Assembly (NCBI RefSeq): GCF_001194135.2
Contig: NC_069000.1
Coordinates: 17,546,324-17,598,851, forward strand
DNA from: Octopus bimaculoides
Taxonomy: Eukaryota
Reading direction: 5' to 3'
Length of the DNA: 52,528 nucleotides
The translations under genes and the position numbers were made by a program. Positions 36,366 to 48,760 of this stretch are shown here, one piece after another. The stretch's first letter is position 1. Each line of letters opens with the position of its first letter. Under the pieces are notes generated by a model. The model was given only the letters and a program-made list of their open reading frames with translations, did not search any database and had not been told where the DNA came from.

Positions 36366-36959
36366 ATATTTCCCACATTCGTAATCTCTGTATTTTTCCA
36401 CGTGCACAAAAACAAAATTCGAAAAACAGTTAAAAATTAGGAAATTTCGGCGAGGAGAGGGGGAATTATAATTTTGAAAATATGATTTGTGGGCAAAATC
36501 ATATTAACTCCGTTTTATTCCATGAAACAGTACATAGTTTGTGATCCTTCTTAAGAACATAAATCACGTTCATGCAAATTTTACCTCCCCTTACTTCTGG
36601 ACAAACAATAACTTTCATTACACCAGTAATCCACTCCACTATATATCAGCTAACAGAATGCATTACGCTTATCAAGACAGAACATAGCCAAATCATTCAC
36701 AGTTTACTGTTTCTTCTCATAATAACGGTATACAAATTGACATATGAATTTTTCCACATCTTTTCATTCGTTATTAAAAATGAAATTATACAATGTACAA
36801 CTTTAAATTGCTATGTCTTCCATCTTATATGTTCCTTAATCGTTCGCTTTTTTCATCCATGTCACCAAAGCGAAAACATTCTCATTTATCTCCACAAACG
36901 AAGGAAGCAAAGAAAACTGCCTCTATTCTTGCTCAAGAAAACTCACTTCAGCAATGCCC

Positions 36960-37158
36960 AAATGTGTAATATTTCAAAACGATCATCAATGGCGGAAGTT
37001 CTGTTCTAAACTACACTTATTGTCTGGGATGAATGCACGATGGCACACCGTGGTGCACTAGAAGCCCTTGATAGGTCACTAAGGGATATTAGAAACAATA
37101 CTGTTGTCATGGGAGGAGAAGGTTAACTGCTGTCTTTGCAGGGGATTTCCATCAAATA
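36960..37158 (+). mobile_element. Helitron Rep/Hel PIF1-like helicase remnant
   Basis: CNISKRSSMAEVLF*TTLIVWDECTMAHRGALEALDRSLRDIRNN..MGG...FAGDFHQ contains helicase motif II (IVWDECTM) and motif III (GDFxQ). Confidence 0.85.
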
Positions 37159-37383
37159 CAACATCTTAGATTTCCGATATAACGGATATATAATTGTTAA
37201 AGAGGGCAACAAACGCTAAGGAAAGACAAACATCTCAAGTCATATACGTTATTATTACTGGAAGAATTTAAGTCTTACAGTTGTTTCTGGATATCCCAAA
37301 GTATGGGATATTCTGTGATCGGAAACAAATAGGGAAAATGTGAAAGACGTGGGGGGTAGGGGGGATGTGGGTGTCGGATGGAG

Positions 37384-37432
<49 letters not shown>

Positions 37433-40400
37433 GCAGAAGCAACAGAGCAACTATCTTCATTTTCTTTTCTTCTTTTATATAGCTCTACAAAGCGTCAATT
37501 CACTATTCTATCATTACCATGCGGGCAGACACTATAACGACATTCATCGCCACTTTAATGCTAGCTTTATTGTAATTGATGATGGTACACCCTCCACGTC
37601 TTGAAACTCACCTTCTGTCGTCTGTTTTCTCCATTACCACAACTCCTCCAACTATTTATCAAATAGAAAGAGAAAAATGTATGTTTGTGTGTAGGAAAGG
37701 GGAAAAGAACAAGTGAAAATGCCATTGTCTTTTGTTACGACTTCCTGTGGGTTTTGAAATTTTTCTAATATTTTTTGATTGCATTTTCTTTGAGACCAGA
37801 ATAACGTTAGCTTTTCGTGTACTTCTCTTTCTCGTGTCTACTGACCTGATTTTCTTTTTATTACTAACATGGCTGTAGGAATGACTTTTGTCATAATCAC
37901 CACATATTTATATAATTTCATCCAAATATTTTTAGGTATGTTTCTATGTATAAATTTAATGGTATTTATAAGTACGGAAAAGGACACAGGAGTTTGTTGA
38001 GATTTTGATAAACAACAATTTATTCTTTTCGTATACAAAAAAAAAAAATGAATGCTGTCGTTACTACGAACGACAAAACTTCGAGTGAGTTTTTGTTCGT
38101 GGTGAAGTTGTAGCAGCAGATAAAGTGTTAAGTTGCTTGCCGTCTACTGACTTCTGCCATTCGCCCTCCAACTATTCATTGCCTTTGTGTTGTCAGCTGC
38201 TGTCTGCCGTCTCTGTTGGTCAACTCCAGTCATGGTGTGTCGACTTTTACGCTGGTTTATACGCTCAGAAGGAAACGCGCCAAAGGAAAAGATTATTACC
38301 GGAACCTATTCGATGCGAGGTCGTGATTGGCCGGATTTTGTTGATCACATGGGCAATATTCTTACGAATCGGGATATCGTGCGATTGCTGAATATTCCAG
38401 CTTCATACACACACACACACATACACATATAGAAAATATATATAGGGTAGAAAATTTTTCTACCAGTGGCTAGCATGCATAAAATAGTCAATAGGCAACA
38501 TATTTTTCTAATATATAAAGATGAGACATGTCCCATTATTATACGTTAATTATTAGCGCCCTTGCTGATGGAAAACACGGATAACAAATTATTTTATTTG
38601 TTCATTAATATTCGAAACCTAGGTACAAGTGGGTAACTATTGAAAATGTTTTTATTTTTCATCCCCTTCGAAATTACTCTTAACCGTGGCTTGGGCTTTG
38701 ACTGCTCCTTTTAGCAAGTAAGGTTAGGGTCACCTCTTTTGTGTATAAATGTACACTCATTTTATATGTGTATGTATAGTTAGCAGATAAATGTGAAGCA
38801 AGGTGGAGGAAAATAGTACTCGAATACCGGAGGTAGAGTAATAATGCTTATTATTAAAGCTGCAAAATCATCACAAAAATATCACAAAAATCTTATAACG
38901 AAGATGGAGTAAATGTTGAAATGAGATATATACGACTTGAGATGAAATGAATTTGTAAGCAACGGTTTATTCTCGTTATAAAATACAATGGTTGTCATAC
39001 ATGAATTAACATAACATAACAGGTTATTACAAAGATGTGTGAGAGAACTTCGTGGTTAGGCTGGACTGTTGATGTTGTAGACATAGTTGACGTACTGTTG
39101 GTGGTGTGTAGAGGCAGCTGTTGGTCGTGTAGTGTTCATACAGCACTGATGTAGACAGGCGTCTGGTGGAGATGAATTGCGTGTGTGGTCAGTGGTGAGT
39201 GCCAAAGACCTAGAACAGTCGAGAACTGCCGTACTTATAGGGAATAGTAGGCTCCCAGAAGCTGGTGATTAATTTCCCGCGTAAGAAAAAATAAACTGTT
39301 GCGCCAACGTGATTGGACAACCTTTAAGCCGACCAATACAAACAACAGGTTAATCACGAGGTCATGTGACNNNNNNNNNNNNNNNNNNNNNNNNNNNNNN
39401 NNNNNNNNNNNNNNNNNNNNNNNNNNNNNNNNNNNNNNNNNNNNNNNNNNNNNNNNNNNNNNNNNNNNNNNNNNNNNNNNNNNNNNNNNNNNNNNNNNNN
39501 NNNNNNNNNNNNNNNNNNNNNNNNNNNNNNNNNNNNNNNNNNNNNNNNNNNNNNNNNNNNNNNNNNNNNNNNNNNNNNNNNNNNNNNNNNNNNNNNNNNN
39601 NNNNNNNNNNNNNNNNNNNNNNNNNNNNNNNNNNNNNNNNNNNNNNNNNNNNNNNNNNNNNNNNNNNNNNNNNNNNNNNNNNNNNNNNNNNNNNNNNNNN
39701 NNNNNNNNNNNNNNNNNNNNNNNNNNNNNNNNNNNNNNNNNNNNNNNNNNNNNNNNNNNNNNNNNNNNNNNNNNNNNNNNNNNNNNNNNNNNNNNNNNNN
39801 NNNNNNNNNNNNNNNNNNNNNNNNNNNNNNNNNNNNNNNNNNNNNNNNNNNNNNNNNNNNNNNNNNNNNNNNNNNNNNNNNNNNNNNNNNNNNNNNNNNN
39901 NNNNNNNNNNNNNNNNNNNNNNNNNNNNNNNNNNNNNNNNNNNNNNNNNNNNNNNNNNNNNNNNNNNNNNNNNNNNNNNNNNNNNNNNNNNNNNNNNNNN
40001 NNNNNNNNNNNNNNNATATATATATATATATATATACAGTACACTTATACATGTGTGTGTGTATATAGACGCATACATACTTATGTATATTCGCGCGCAC
40101 ATATATTTTTAAAAAATTATTAATCTGTAGCAGGAATATTTAGATGTCCCAAAACACCTTGGAATCGAAACTGGATTGCTAAGTTTCAGCAATCAATAAC
40201 AAGTACTAGGATCGATTCATTCGACTAAAAGTTATTGAAGGTGGTGCCCCAGCACGGCCTCACTCAAATGATTAAAACAAGTAAAAGATATGAGATAAAA
40301 GATCTATAATCTCTGTGGTTATAATACAGAGTTTTCGTCTAATGTAAATGTTGTTGCGCCACTTACGATCTTTTATCGTTTTACATATTCCCTTACAATT

Positions 40401-40879
40401 ACTTCTTTCGGTGATTTAGAAGTCAAAAATAAGCTTAAGCGATACCCGATGAGTTTTTAATGACAGACGAAACTAGATGGTTCAATCCTCATTCCAAGCT
40501 GACTAAATCCCGGTGATTTAACCACAATGTCTAATTTCAAAGCGAGACTAAGTAATATACTTATTAGACATATTGTAAATATATAAGTAGACACAAATGT
40601 GTCTACGTATACATATTTATTTTTATTCTCTAATATGATAACTAAATACGAACGGAAAGCTTAAAATACAATGGAATAATTCAGAAATACATAGTTAACT
40701 TTGCCGTGACACACTTAACCAGTCAGATATGTTCTTAGTTGCTCATAATTGTTCAAGGTTTTAGGGGTTAAAAACTTAAACAGAACTAAATACTTGAATG
40801 CACACGATAAAATATGCCACTGGTGCTTCAGCCAAGCACTTAAGTTAACGTCTGTTGCTAAATTGAACAACTCTCTCCA

Positions 40880-40970
40880 CCACCTCTCACTCTCTCACTC
40901 TCTCTCTCACACGCACACTTTCTCTTCCTCTTTCTCTCTCTCTCGCTCACGCACACACTTTATCTTCACC

Positions 40971-41029
<59 letters not shown>

Positions 41030-41239
41030 TTTCTCTTCCTCTCTCTCTCTCTATTTACTTCTCTATATACCTATCAATATATCTTTCTCTGTCTACCTAT
41101 CTATCTACCTATCTATCTACCTATCTATCTATTTATCTATATATATATATATATATATATATATGCCAATGTATCTATCTATCTGTTTATCTATCTTTCT
41201 GTCTGTCTGTCTCTGTCTGTCTGTCTCTCCATCTATTTG

Positions 41240-41286
<47 letters not shown>

Positions 41287-41400
41287 ATCTATGTCTATGT
41301 ATATTTATACATCTACCTATTTGTCACACACTCATTCAAACTCTTTCAGGTTCTCACTCACACACACACACACACACACACATACGCGCGCGCGCACACA
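40880..41400. repeat. Compound microsatellite array (CT, CA, TCTA, TA, TCTG, TG, CA)
   Basis: Direct reading; it explains the spurious 226-aa ORF. Confidence 0.95.
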
Positions 41401-42285
41401 CACTTGTGCACACGTTATCTCTAGCATGAAACTTAATAATGTCTCTGAGACATTTAAGATACTTGTGTGAACTCCACTTAAAATTTTGGTGGCATTTAGT
41501 GAGATTAGTTAAAAAATAACGCCAGTAAAATGTAACTAAGGCGGCATCATCAATGACAATTGTCACAGCTGTTCTAACAAAGACAACAACACCAATAACA
41601 ATAACAATTACAGCAACTGTTTCAGCAACAATTACAGCAATATCGCGAAGAACAACAATAGAACTTAAAATGAAAGACCACCTGGTCATTTAAAGGATAT
41701 ACTGTGATACTGCAACCAAACACGAAAACTTTGGCAGTCCTTACCTCCACGTGCAAATCTTTCCCCGTACTTCACCACCAAACACACCTCTATATCACCA
41801 CTCAAAAAGGAAATCCTTCCTACACAGACCGGAGATATCTTCAACAATAGAACTTAAAATGAAAGACCACCTGGTCATGTAAAGGATATACTATGATACT
41901 GTAACAAACACGCCAGATTCATTATGAATTATGTCAACCTTTTCTAGACCTCACTACCAGCCATCAATCTCTACACATCAAGCCATAATACATTAGAAGA
42001 ACACAAAATAGTGCACTCCCCATGAACGCAAATCAGACCAAGGGACACAATTAATCAAAAATACTTAAAATGAAAGACAATTTGGATATGCAAGAAGCAC
42101 AATATGTTGTCGCAGTAAGCTTCAAATCCCCACCCCTCATACACGGACAAACATTTGCTGCCACGACATAAGAAACTACATTCAAATACACAGACTCCTA
42201 GAACACTTACGCCATACGCGCGTGCGCAGACCATTTAATCGATTCTGTTCCAGGCTAAAAGAATCAACATCTTAAGAATCACGCC

Positions 42286-42556
42286 AAATGATTCTCAACC
42301 ATTTTTTTTTTTTTTTGCTTTTAGACCCCATTGATTTCTGTTTTACTCTACTGCCTTTCCATAGCCATTCCATGTATATAAACAAAATCTCACTGTATTT
42401 TTTTTTTAATTAATTGTTATTAGGAATTGTATAAAAAAATTAAAATATTTTGTGTATATATTTTGTAGAAGTATAAGAAATTATGTAGAAGTATAAGCAA
42501 TTTATTGCACATAAATTTTAACAAAATCTTATATGGACCCCAGTTGAGGACCACTG
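42286..42556. mobile_element. Degenerate hAT-type MITE
   Basis: Right end GTTGAGGACCACTG; left end aaatgattctcaac is a 3-mismatch version of CAGTGGTTCTCAAC. TSD not recognisable. Confidence 0.45.
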
Positions 42557-43701
42557 ATCTATACTGTCGCTTCACTTGCTAGTCAGCGGAGGCGGTGGTG
42601 ACGGCGGCTACGTCAACATTATCTCTGCTATTCTACTCGGACAAACATAAACAGCACACATGCACAGAAATAACTACAGTATCAGGCGCTTCACTAACCT
42701 CAAACACTAAGCTGGGTCGCTCGTCATAAATAATTGTTTCTACAAGGCCTGCAATTATGGAGGAGAGGGATAACGAATTACAACGATCACAGTGCTTAAC
42801 CGGTACTTATTTTATCGATCTCTGAAAAGATGAAAGGCAACGTCGATCTTGATGGCATTTGAACTCAGAACGTAAAGTCCGCAGAAAGGCCGTCAGCATT
42901 TTGTCCGACGCAATAACGATTCTGCCAGCTGGCAGCCTTTGTTCACTGTAAAGTGGCGACCCCGACGTGATTATATTTCGCATGTATTCATTAAATTTTG
43001 GTAATCGCCGACTCAAGAACAACAGCCTTCGTTATATCACCATAAATAATAAATGCAGAGAAACAGCATCTGTCGCACTCTCGCCTAGTTCTCGTTGCCC
43101 ACTTCTGCAGTGGCTAGTAACTAAATCTACAGATACCCCAGTGAACTCAGAAATCGCTGCCAAATTTCCCTCAAGTAATTCTACAGTGTTTCAAGGAGAA
43201 AAGCACATTAGTTGATGCACTCCAAGATATAACATCTGAATAAAATATGGGAGCGTCATGGCTTGAACGCCTTTGTCCATAAGTATCCTAAACTGAACCT
43301 TTGGTACGAAGCAACAACAACAAAAGATGAGCTAAACATGGAGTCAATATTAGCTCGTTTGACCAGTTAGATATAGCACCCAAATACCTTCAAATTACCA
43401 CCTATTGTCTTGAAAGAAGGACAAATTGAGCAGTGTAGTCATAGATGTACAAAAAGCCGGAATGACCAAGGTGCAAATGCCTTTCGTCTGAAGTCTCTTC
43501 AATCAAGGATGACCCGGAGCTAAACTACAACTCACAAACAGAAATAGACGGGCGAATAATGGAGAAAGTACATATCACACTGCTTGCCATGCTATTAAAC
43601 AGTGCATGTCGGAATGATACAGTGCGGTCCTTATCTGGGAACTGATATGGTGTAACTGGAACGAGAGATATGAGGGACGTGCCTGCATACGCAACAACAA
43701 T

Positions 43702-43875
43702 AACACACTTTAACCTCTCCAATATGCCAGTTATATTAGCAACACACTCCAACGTTTTCGACATACCAACCTTATTAGTAACACACTCTAACCTCTTTAT
43801 CTTATAAGCTTTATTAGCGGCACATTTTAACCTCTTCAATACACCAGCTTTATTAGCAACACACTTTAAGCTTTC
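43702..43875. repeat. Degenerate 39-bp minisatellite, block 1
   Basis: Units start at 43702, 43741, 43780, 43819 and 43858 (aacacactttaacctcttcaatacaccagctttattagc-like). Confidence 0.9.
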
Positions 43876-44167
43876 GAGCTCATCCATAAAAGAGAAGCTG
43901 ATCTCTGACTGTCTGTCCGTAAGAACTTCTGTGTAGGAATAGGGACGAAGGGGAGGAGAAAATGTTGTTGCTGAAAGAGAAGTGCAGTGAGAGATAGATA
44001 GATAGATAAATAGGTAGGGTTGTCACCTTAGTAATTAACAGGTTTTGATTAAAAACGCGGGAAGTACCAGTTTGTCAACACAACGCAACACAGACTTCGA
44101 AAAACGATTATATATATATTGATATGATGCATATAGTTTCTGTTTTTTCCTTTGGTTTTGTGTGTCT

Positions 44168-44199
<32 letters not shown>

Positions 44200-44334
44200 T
44201 TCTGTATGTCTTTCAATATATAAACAAAGCAACATAGACATAAAAAAGATTTTTCACTTTGAACAATTTATGAAGATACGTGCATAATTAACAAATATTT
44301 TTTACCGGCAACGTAGTGACGGATAACGACCTAA

Positions 44335-44790
44335 TAAGCTTTATTAGCGACGCAATTTGACCTCTTCAACATATCAACTTTTATAAGCAACACACTTTAA
44401 TCTCTTCAACGTACCAACTTTATTAGCAACACACTTTAATCTCTCCAACGCACCAATTATATAATAACACGCTTTAAAATCAACACAAACTTTATTATAA
44501 GCAGCGCTTTAACCTCTTCAACACACTATTATAAGCAACACACTTTATTAACAACACACCAATTCTATAACACGCTTTAAATCAATACACAAACTTTTAT
44601 TACAAGCAGCGCTTTAAACCTCTTCAACATGCCAGCTATATTAGCAACACACTGACATTTCCAACACACCAGATAAAAAAAACAACGCACTTTAACATTT
44701 CCAATACACTTAGCAACACACTTTTTAGCATCTTCAACACACCAGCTGTATTAACAACACAGTTTAATCGCCCCAATACAGCAGCTGCCT
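44335..44790. repeat. Degenerate 39-bp minisatellite, block 2
   Basis: Same unit as block 1, more eroded, with indels. Confidence 0.85.
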
Positions 44791-45834
44791 TAACTGAACC
44801 ATTGTCAGCCATCACAATTACCATTCTCATCACAGACGACACACCCTTTGTCTTCTATTGGACAAAGTGATAAAACATGCACGACATGCATGTGCACACA
44901 CACACACAGTTACATCCAAGCATATACTCACATACACGTGCACGCGCGCAGAAATGCATACAAATATGCACTGGCACACCTTAACATACCTACATACGTA
45001 TACAACACACACCGTACATACATCACTCACAGGCACACCACACACATATATAACATATAAGCACGAACCACATCACAAATAAAATATCACACACAGCCAC
45101 ACCCGAGTCAACAAAGGAGCTTCTACTACAGGGGTGGGAACCTTTTTAGTACCCGGAGTGAATTACAAGTTCATAAGAAACTGTGACAGGGTCACATCTG
45201 TGGTGAGAAAAATAACAATCTTTAATTTTACAAATTCGTAGGTATGTAACAGATATTGAATTACTGTTTTGTCTAAAGACTTAAACGATTTTTTCCTTTA
45301 AAAAAGAAAAATGTACGAATGTTGCTTAGAGACTTTGGTAGGAAGTTGGGATTGAAGACCCAAGTAATTTGCTTCTAATTTCAATGCGCACGAAATCTGC
45401 TCTGCGAACGAACGTCCTTACGCCTATTTTACGCAGTCTTAGATTTAAAGTCACCCCTCAAAAGTCTAACAAATCACACCCGGCTGTTTAAAAAAAAAAG
45501 AGTGATACGGGAGATGTATTCGTAGATATGACAAAGCGACGAGATGCTTTGATTACTGATTTGCTCGGTTAGAGCAGACCAGGATCTAACAGCAATAACA
45601 ACTACATCCACACTACACATGCACACATACACAATACCACTGCCTCTATACACAATTTCTATACAAATAGCAATACCCTTACAGACTTCCACGTGCAGCC
45701 ATTCTCAGTTTACATTAACACAAAAAATGGAATGACGTCAGAGACCTTAGATTAATTTACATATCGCTCCCCAACGCGGAAGTAAAATTGTATTTCGAGC
45801 GTCCTTTACACCATTACAATAGCTATTGTTGCTA

Positions 45835-46010
45835 AGGCGTGGTGGCTGATTCGTTAGCACGCCGGGCAAAGTGCTTAGCAAAATTTCGCCCGGCTGCACA
45901 TTCTGAATTTATATTCCGCCAAGGTCGACTTTGCCTTTCGTCCTTTCGGGGCCGATATAATAAGCATCGGTCGATTTGGTCCCTTCCTCGAAACTGAAAG
46001 GCTCTACCAT
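45835..46010 (+). mobile_element. SINE family B copy
   Basis: ggcgtggtggctgattcgttagcacgccgggc head and ggtcgactttgcctttcgtcctttcgggg core. Confidence 0.8.
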
Positions 46011-46014
46011 ACGC

Positions 46015-46535
46015 CAGCTGCAGATCATGCTGACAGAACTGGACACTCATAGCGTAACAGTAGGTCTTAAAATGAACAGTATGAAAACGAAATATAAGCG
46101 GTCGGAAGACGTAGCACAAGGCCAAATAGAGATTGGGGGACGATGAAATAGAAGAACACGTCTTTTAAGGGGACACATTGAGTATGCGTCGAGATGTGGA
46201 TGCTGGAATTTCAAAGAGAATAAGGGCAAGATGGAAGGCATTTAACGGCGCAAAAGGCCATGGAAAGATCCATGTTAGGAATATCACTGTGAGTATATTC
46301 GAAATGGGATGGTTCGAGAATGGAGGGGAAATGCACGATGTGATCGTAGAGTACCGAAAGCACAAGTTTCGTTGGGCCGGACATATAGCAAGGTTCACAG
46401 ATTCCCGTGCAGTTGCTGAGTGGAATCCAAAAGATCAGAAAAGGCCACTTTGACGGGCTCCACGCGATAGGAAGACGATTTAGTCAAGATGAAAAAAGAA
46501 TGATGCAATCAAGACAGAATTGGAAGCGCATTGCA
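46015..46535 (+). mobile_element. Decayed RTE LINE 3' region (RT C-terminus)
   Basis: QIMLTELDTHSVTVGLKMNSMKTKY...ISKRIRARWKAFN / AKAMERSMLGISL / HKFRWAGHIARFTD..VAEWNPKDQKRP, with internal deletions. Confidence 0.85.
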
Positions 46536-46602
46536 ACCAGCGGTATATAACATGATCTGGTCGGTACTGGGATATACCTATACACACATACGTATATATA
46601 TA

Positions 46603-47002
46603 TGGGTGGGGACTGTGTGGTGAGAAGCTTGTTTCTCAACCACATGGTTTCGGGTTCAGTCCCACTGCGTGGCACCTTGGGCACGTGTCTTTTACTGTAG
46701 CCTCGGGCTGACCAAAGCCTTATAAGAGGATTTGTAAGAAGCCTGTCGTATATATATATATGTGTGTGTGTGTGTGTATCTATATTTGCGTGTCTTTGTG
46801 TCAGTGTTTGTACCCCATCACTGCTTGACAACCGGCGTTAGTGTGTTTACATCCCCGTAACTTAGCGGTCCGACCTAAGAGACCGTGAGAATGAGTACTA
46901 GGCTTACAAAGAATAAGTACCGGGTTCGATTTGTTCGACTAAAAAGGTGGTGCTTCAGCATGGCCTCAGTCAAATGACTGAAACATGTAAAAAAAATAAA
47001 AG
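46603..47002 (+). mobile_element. Full-length SINE family A copy
   Basis: Head, core and tail are collinear with 21502-21906. Confidence 0.85.
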
Positions 47003-47034
<32 letters not shown>

Positions 47035-47321
47035 TGTATAGATGATGGTTTCTGCTTTGGGGACAAAACAAAATGATAAAGTTAATGTAAATTTATCGCT
47101 TCAAAACTGAGTCTATCTGTTCCGTTTCCTTGGCTTTAATTTACATTTAATCTTTTTGCACTGACTTCTTCTTTAAAGGCCCAAAAGGCAACATGACATA
47201 ACGTGTATTTATTTCCATGTACGTATACATAAACATATGATACAACAGAATACGCTTGTGTTTTCAATGCAACACGTCGAATAGAAAGGCTGTTCCTCAT
47301 ATATACACACATTTTTGTGTT

Positions 47322-47357
<36 letters not shown>

Positions 47358-48288
47358 AAATTGGGAAAAACTTTCCCGGAGACTTTTCTAATATTGCAAC
47401 ATCCCTACTGGGAGGATTGTTTGAGCCTTACTAAATATCACAACTGAGACTAGTGTTTCAAGATATTTCCCATATCTGGACGACTTTCCACAATAACGTA
47501 CAAGATCACATTACCCAAATGCTTACTGTGTGCTTTGAAAATTGATACCTGCCTCTCCATGAAGTTTCCGATGATGTAGGCGTTCGTAAAAGTTCATGAT
47601 TCTAAAAGAAAAATTGATGATGTAGTATTGTGTTGCCGTAAAAATTTGTGCGACGCTTATTGACTGACTAGCAGATATATNNNNNNNNNNNNNNNNNNNN
47701 NNNNNNNNNNNNNNNNNNNNNNNNNNNNNNNNNNNNNNNNNNNNNNNNNNNNNNNNNNNNNNNNNNNNNNNNNNNNNNNNNNNNNNNNNNNNNNNNNNNN
47801 NNNNNNNNNNNNNNNNNNNNNNNNNNNNNNNNNNNNNNNNNNNNNNNNNNNNNNNNNNNNNNNNNNNNNNNNNNNNNNNNNNNNNNNNNNNNNNNNNNNN
47901 NNNNNNNNNNNNNNNNNNNNNNNNNNNNNNNNNNNNNNNNNNNNNNNNNNNNNNNNNNNNNNNNNNNNNNNNNNNNNNNNNNNNNNNNNNNNNNNNNNNN
48001 NNNNNNNNNNNNNNNNNNNNNNNNNNNNNNNNNNNNNNNNNNNNNNNNNNNNNNNNNNNNNNNNNNNNNNNNNNNNNNNNNNNNNNNNNNNNNNNNNNNN
48101 NNNNNNNNNNNNNNNNNNNNNNNNNNNNNNNNNNNNNNNNNNNNNNNNNNNNNNNNNNNNNNNNNNNNNNNNNNNNNNNNNNNNNNNNNNNNNNNNNNNN
48201 NNNNNNNNNNNNNNNNNNNNNNNNNNNNNNNNNNNNNNNNNNNNNNNNNNNNNNNNNNNNNNNNNNNAGAATTTTGAACCCAACCTTG

Positions 48289-48326
48289 GGTTCTCATTCC
48301 TAAGGTATTTTTTGCTGATGTTGTTG

Positions 48327-48387
<61 letters not shown>

Positions 48388-48411
48388 CATCATCATCATC
48401 ATCATCATCAT
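48289..48411. repeat. (GTT)(ATT)n(ATC)n trinucleotide tract and adjacent flank
   Basis: Direct reading; the tract itself spans about 48318-48411. Confidence 0.85.
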
Positions 48412-48477
48412 TTGAAGACCGTCGTTTATTATAAATAAGTTGCACGTCGTCAGAAGATCGTCAAGGAGTTTAACTTA

Positions 48478-48760
48478 AGTGGCGTTTGAGAGAGATAGTG
48501 AGGAAGAAGTGCCCTGGAAAAGTGTACTACGATAACACATCTGCGCACGCATAACTCTTTATCCGTGATTTATGGCAAAGCACGAAATGACTCCCGTCCC
48601 GCAGCCGCTTTATTTTCCGAGTTTGGCCACTGTGAAATGTTTTGTTGCCATATTTGAAATCCTTTATAAAGGTTGCTAATTCCAGAGAAAAGAAGTGATC
48701 GAGGCCGGTGCCTTACTCCTCTGCGTTCCAGGACACATTTCAAAATTTTAAAAAGATAAT
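48478..48760 (+). mobile_element. Decayed mariner transposase, catalytic C-terminal region
   Basis: RLREIVRKKCPG..YDNTSAHA..MAKHEMTPVPQPLYFPSLA..AFQDTFQNFKKR resembles HDNAPAH / QPPYSPDLAP; frameshifted. Confidence 0.75.

Noticed and set aside
41653-41912. Repeat-spacer-repeat layout reminiscent of CRISPR
   Set aside because: Eukaryotic context, repeats of 72 bp with spacers over 100 bp, only 2-3 units and no cas genes.
45129-45145. CAGGGGTGGGAACC hAT-like terminal motif
   Set aside because: No matching opposite TIR or TSD found, so boundaries cannot be supported.
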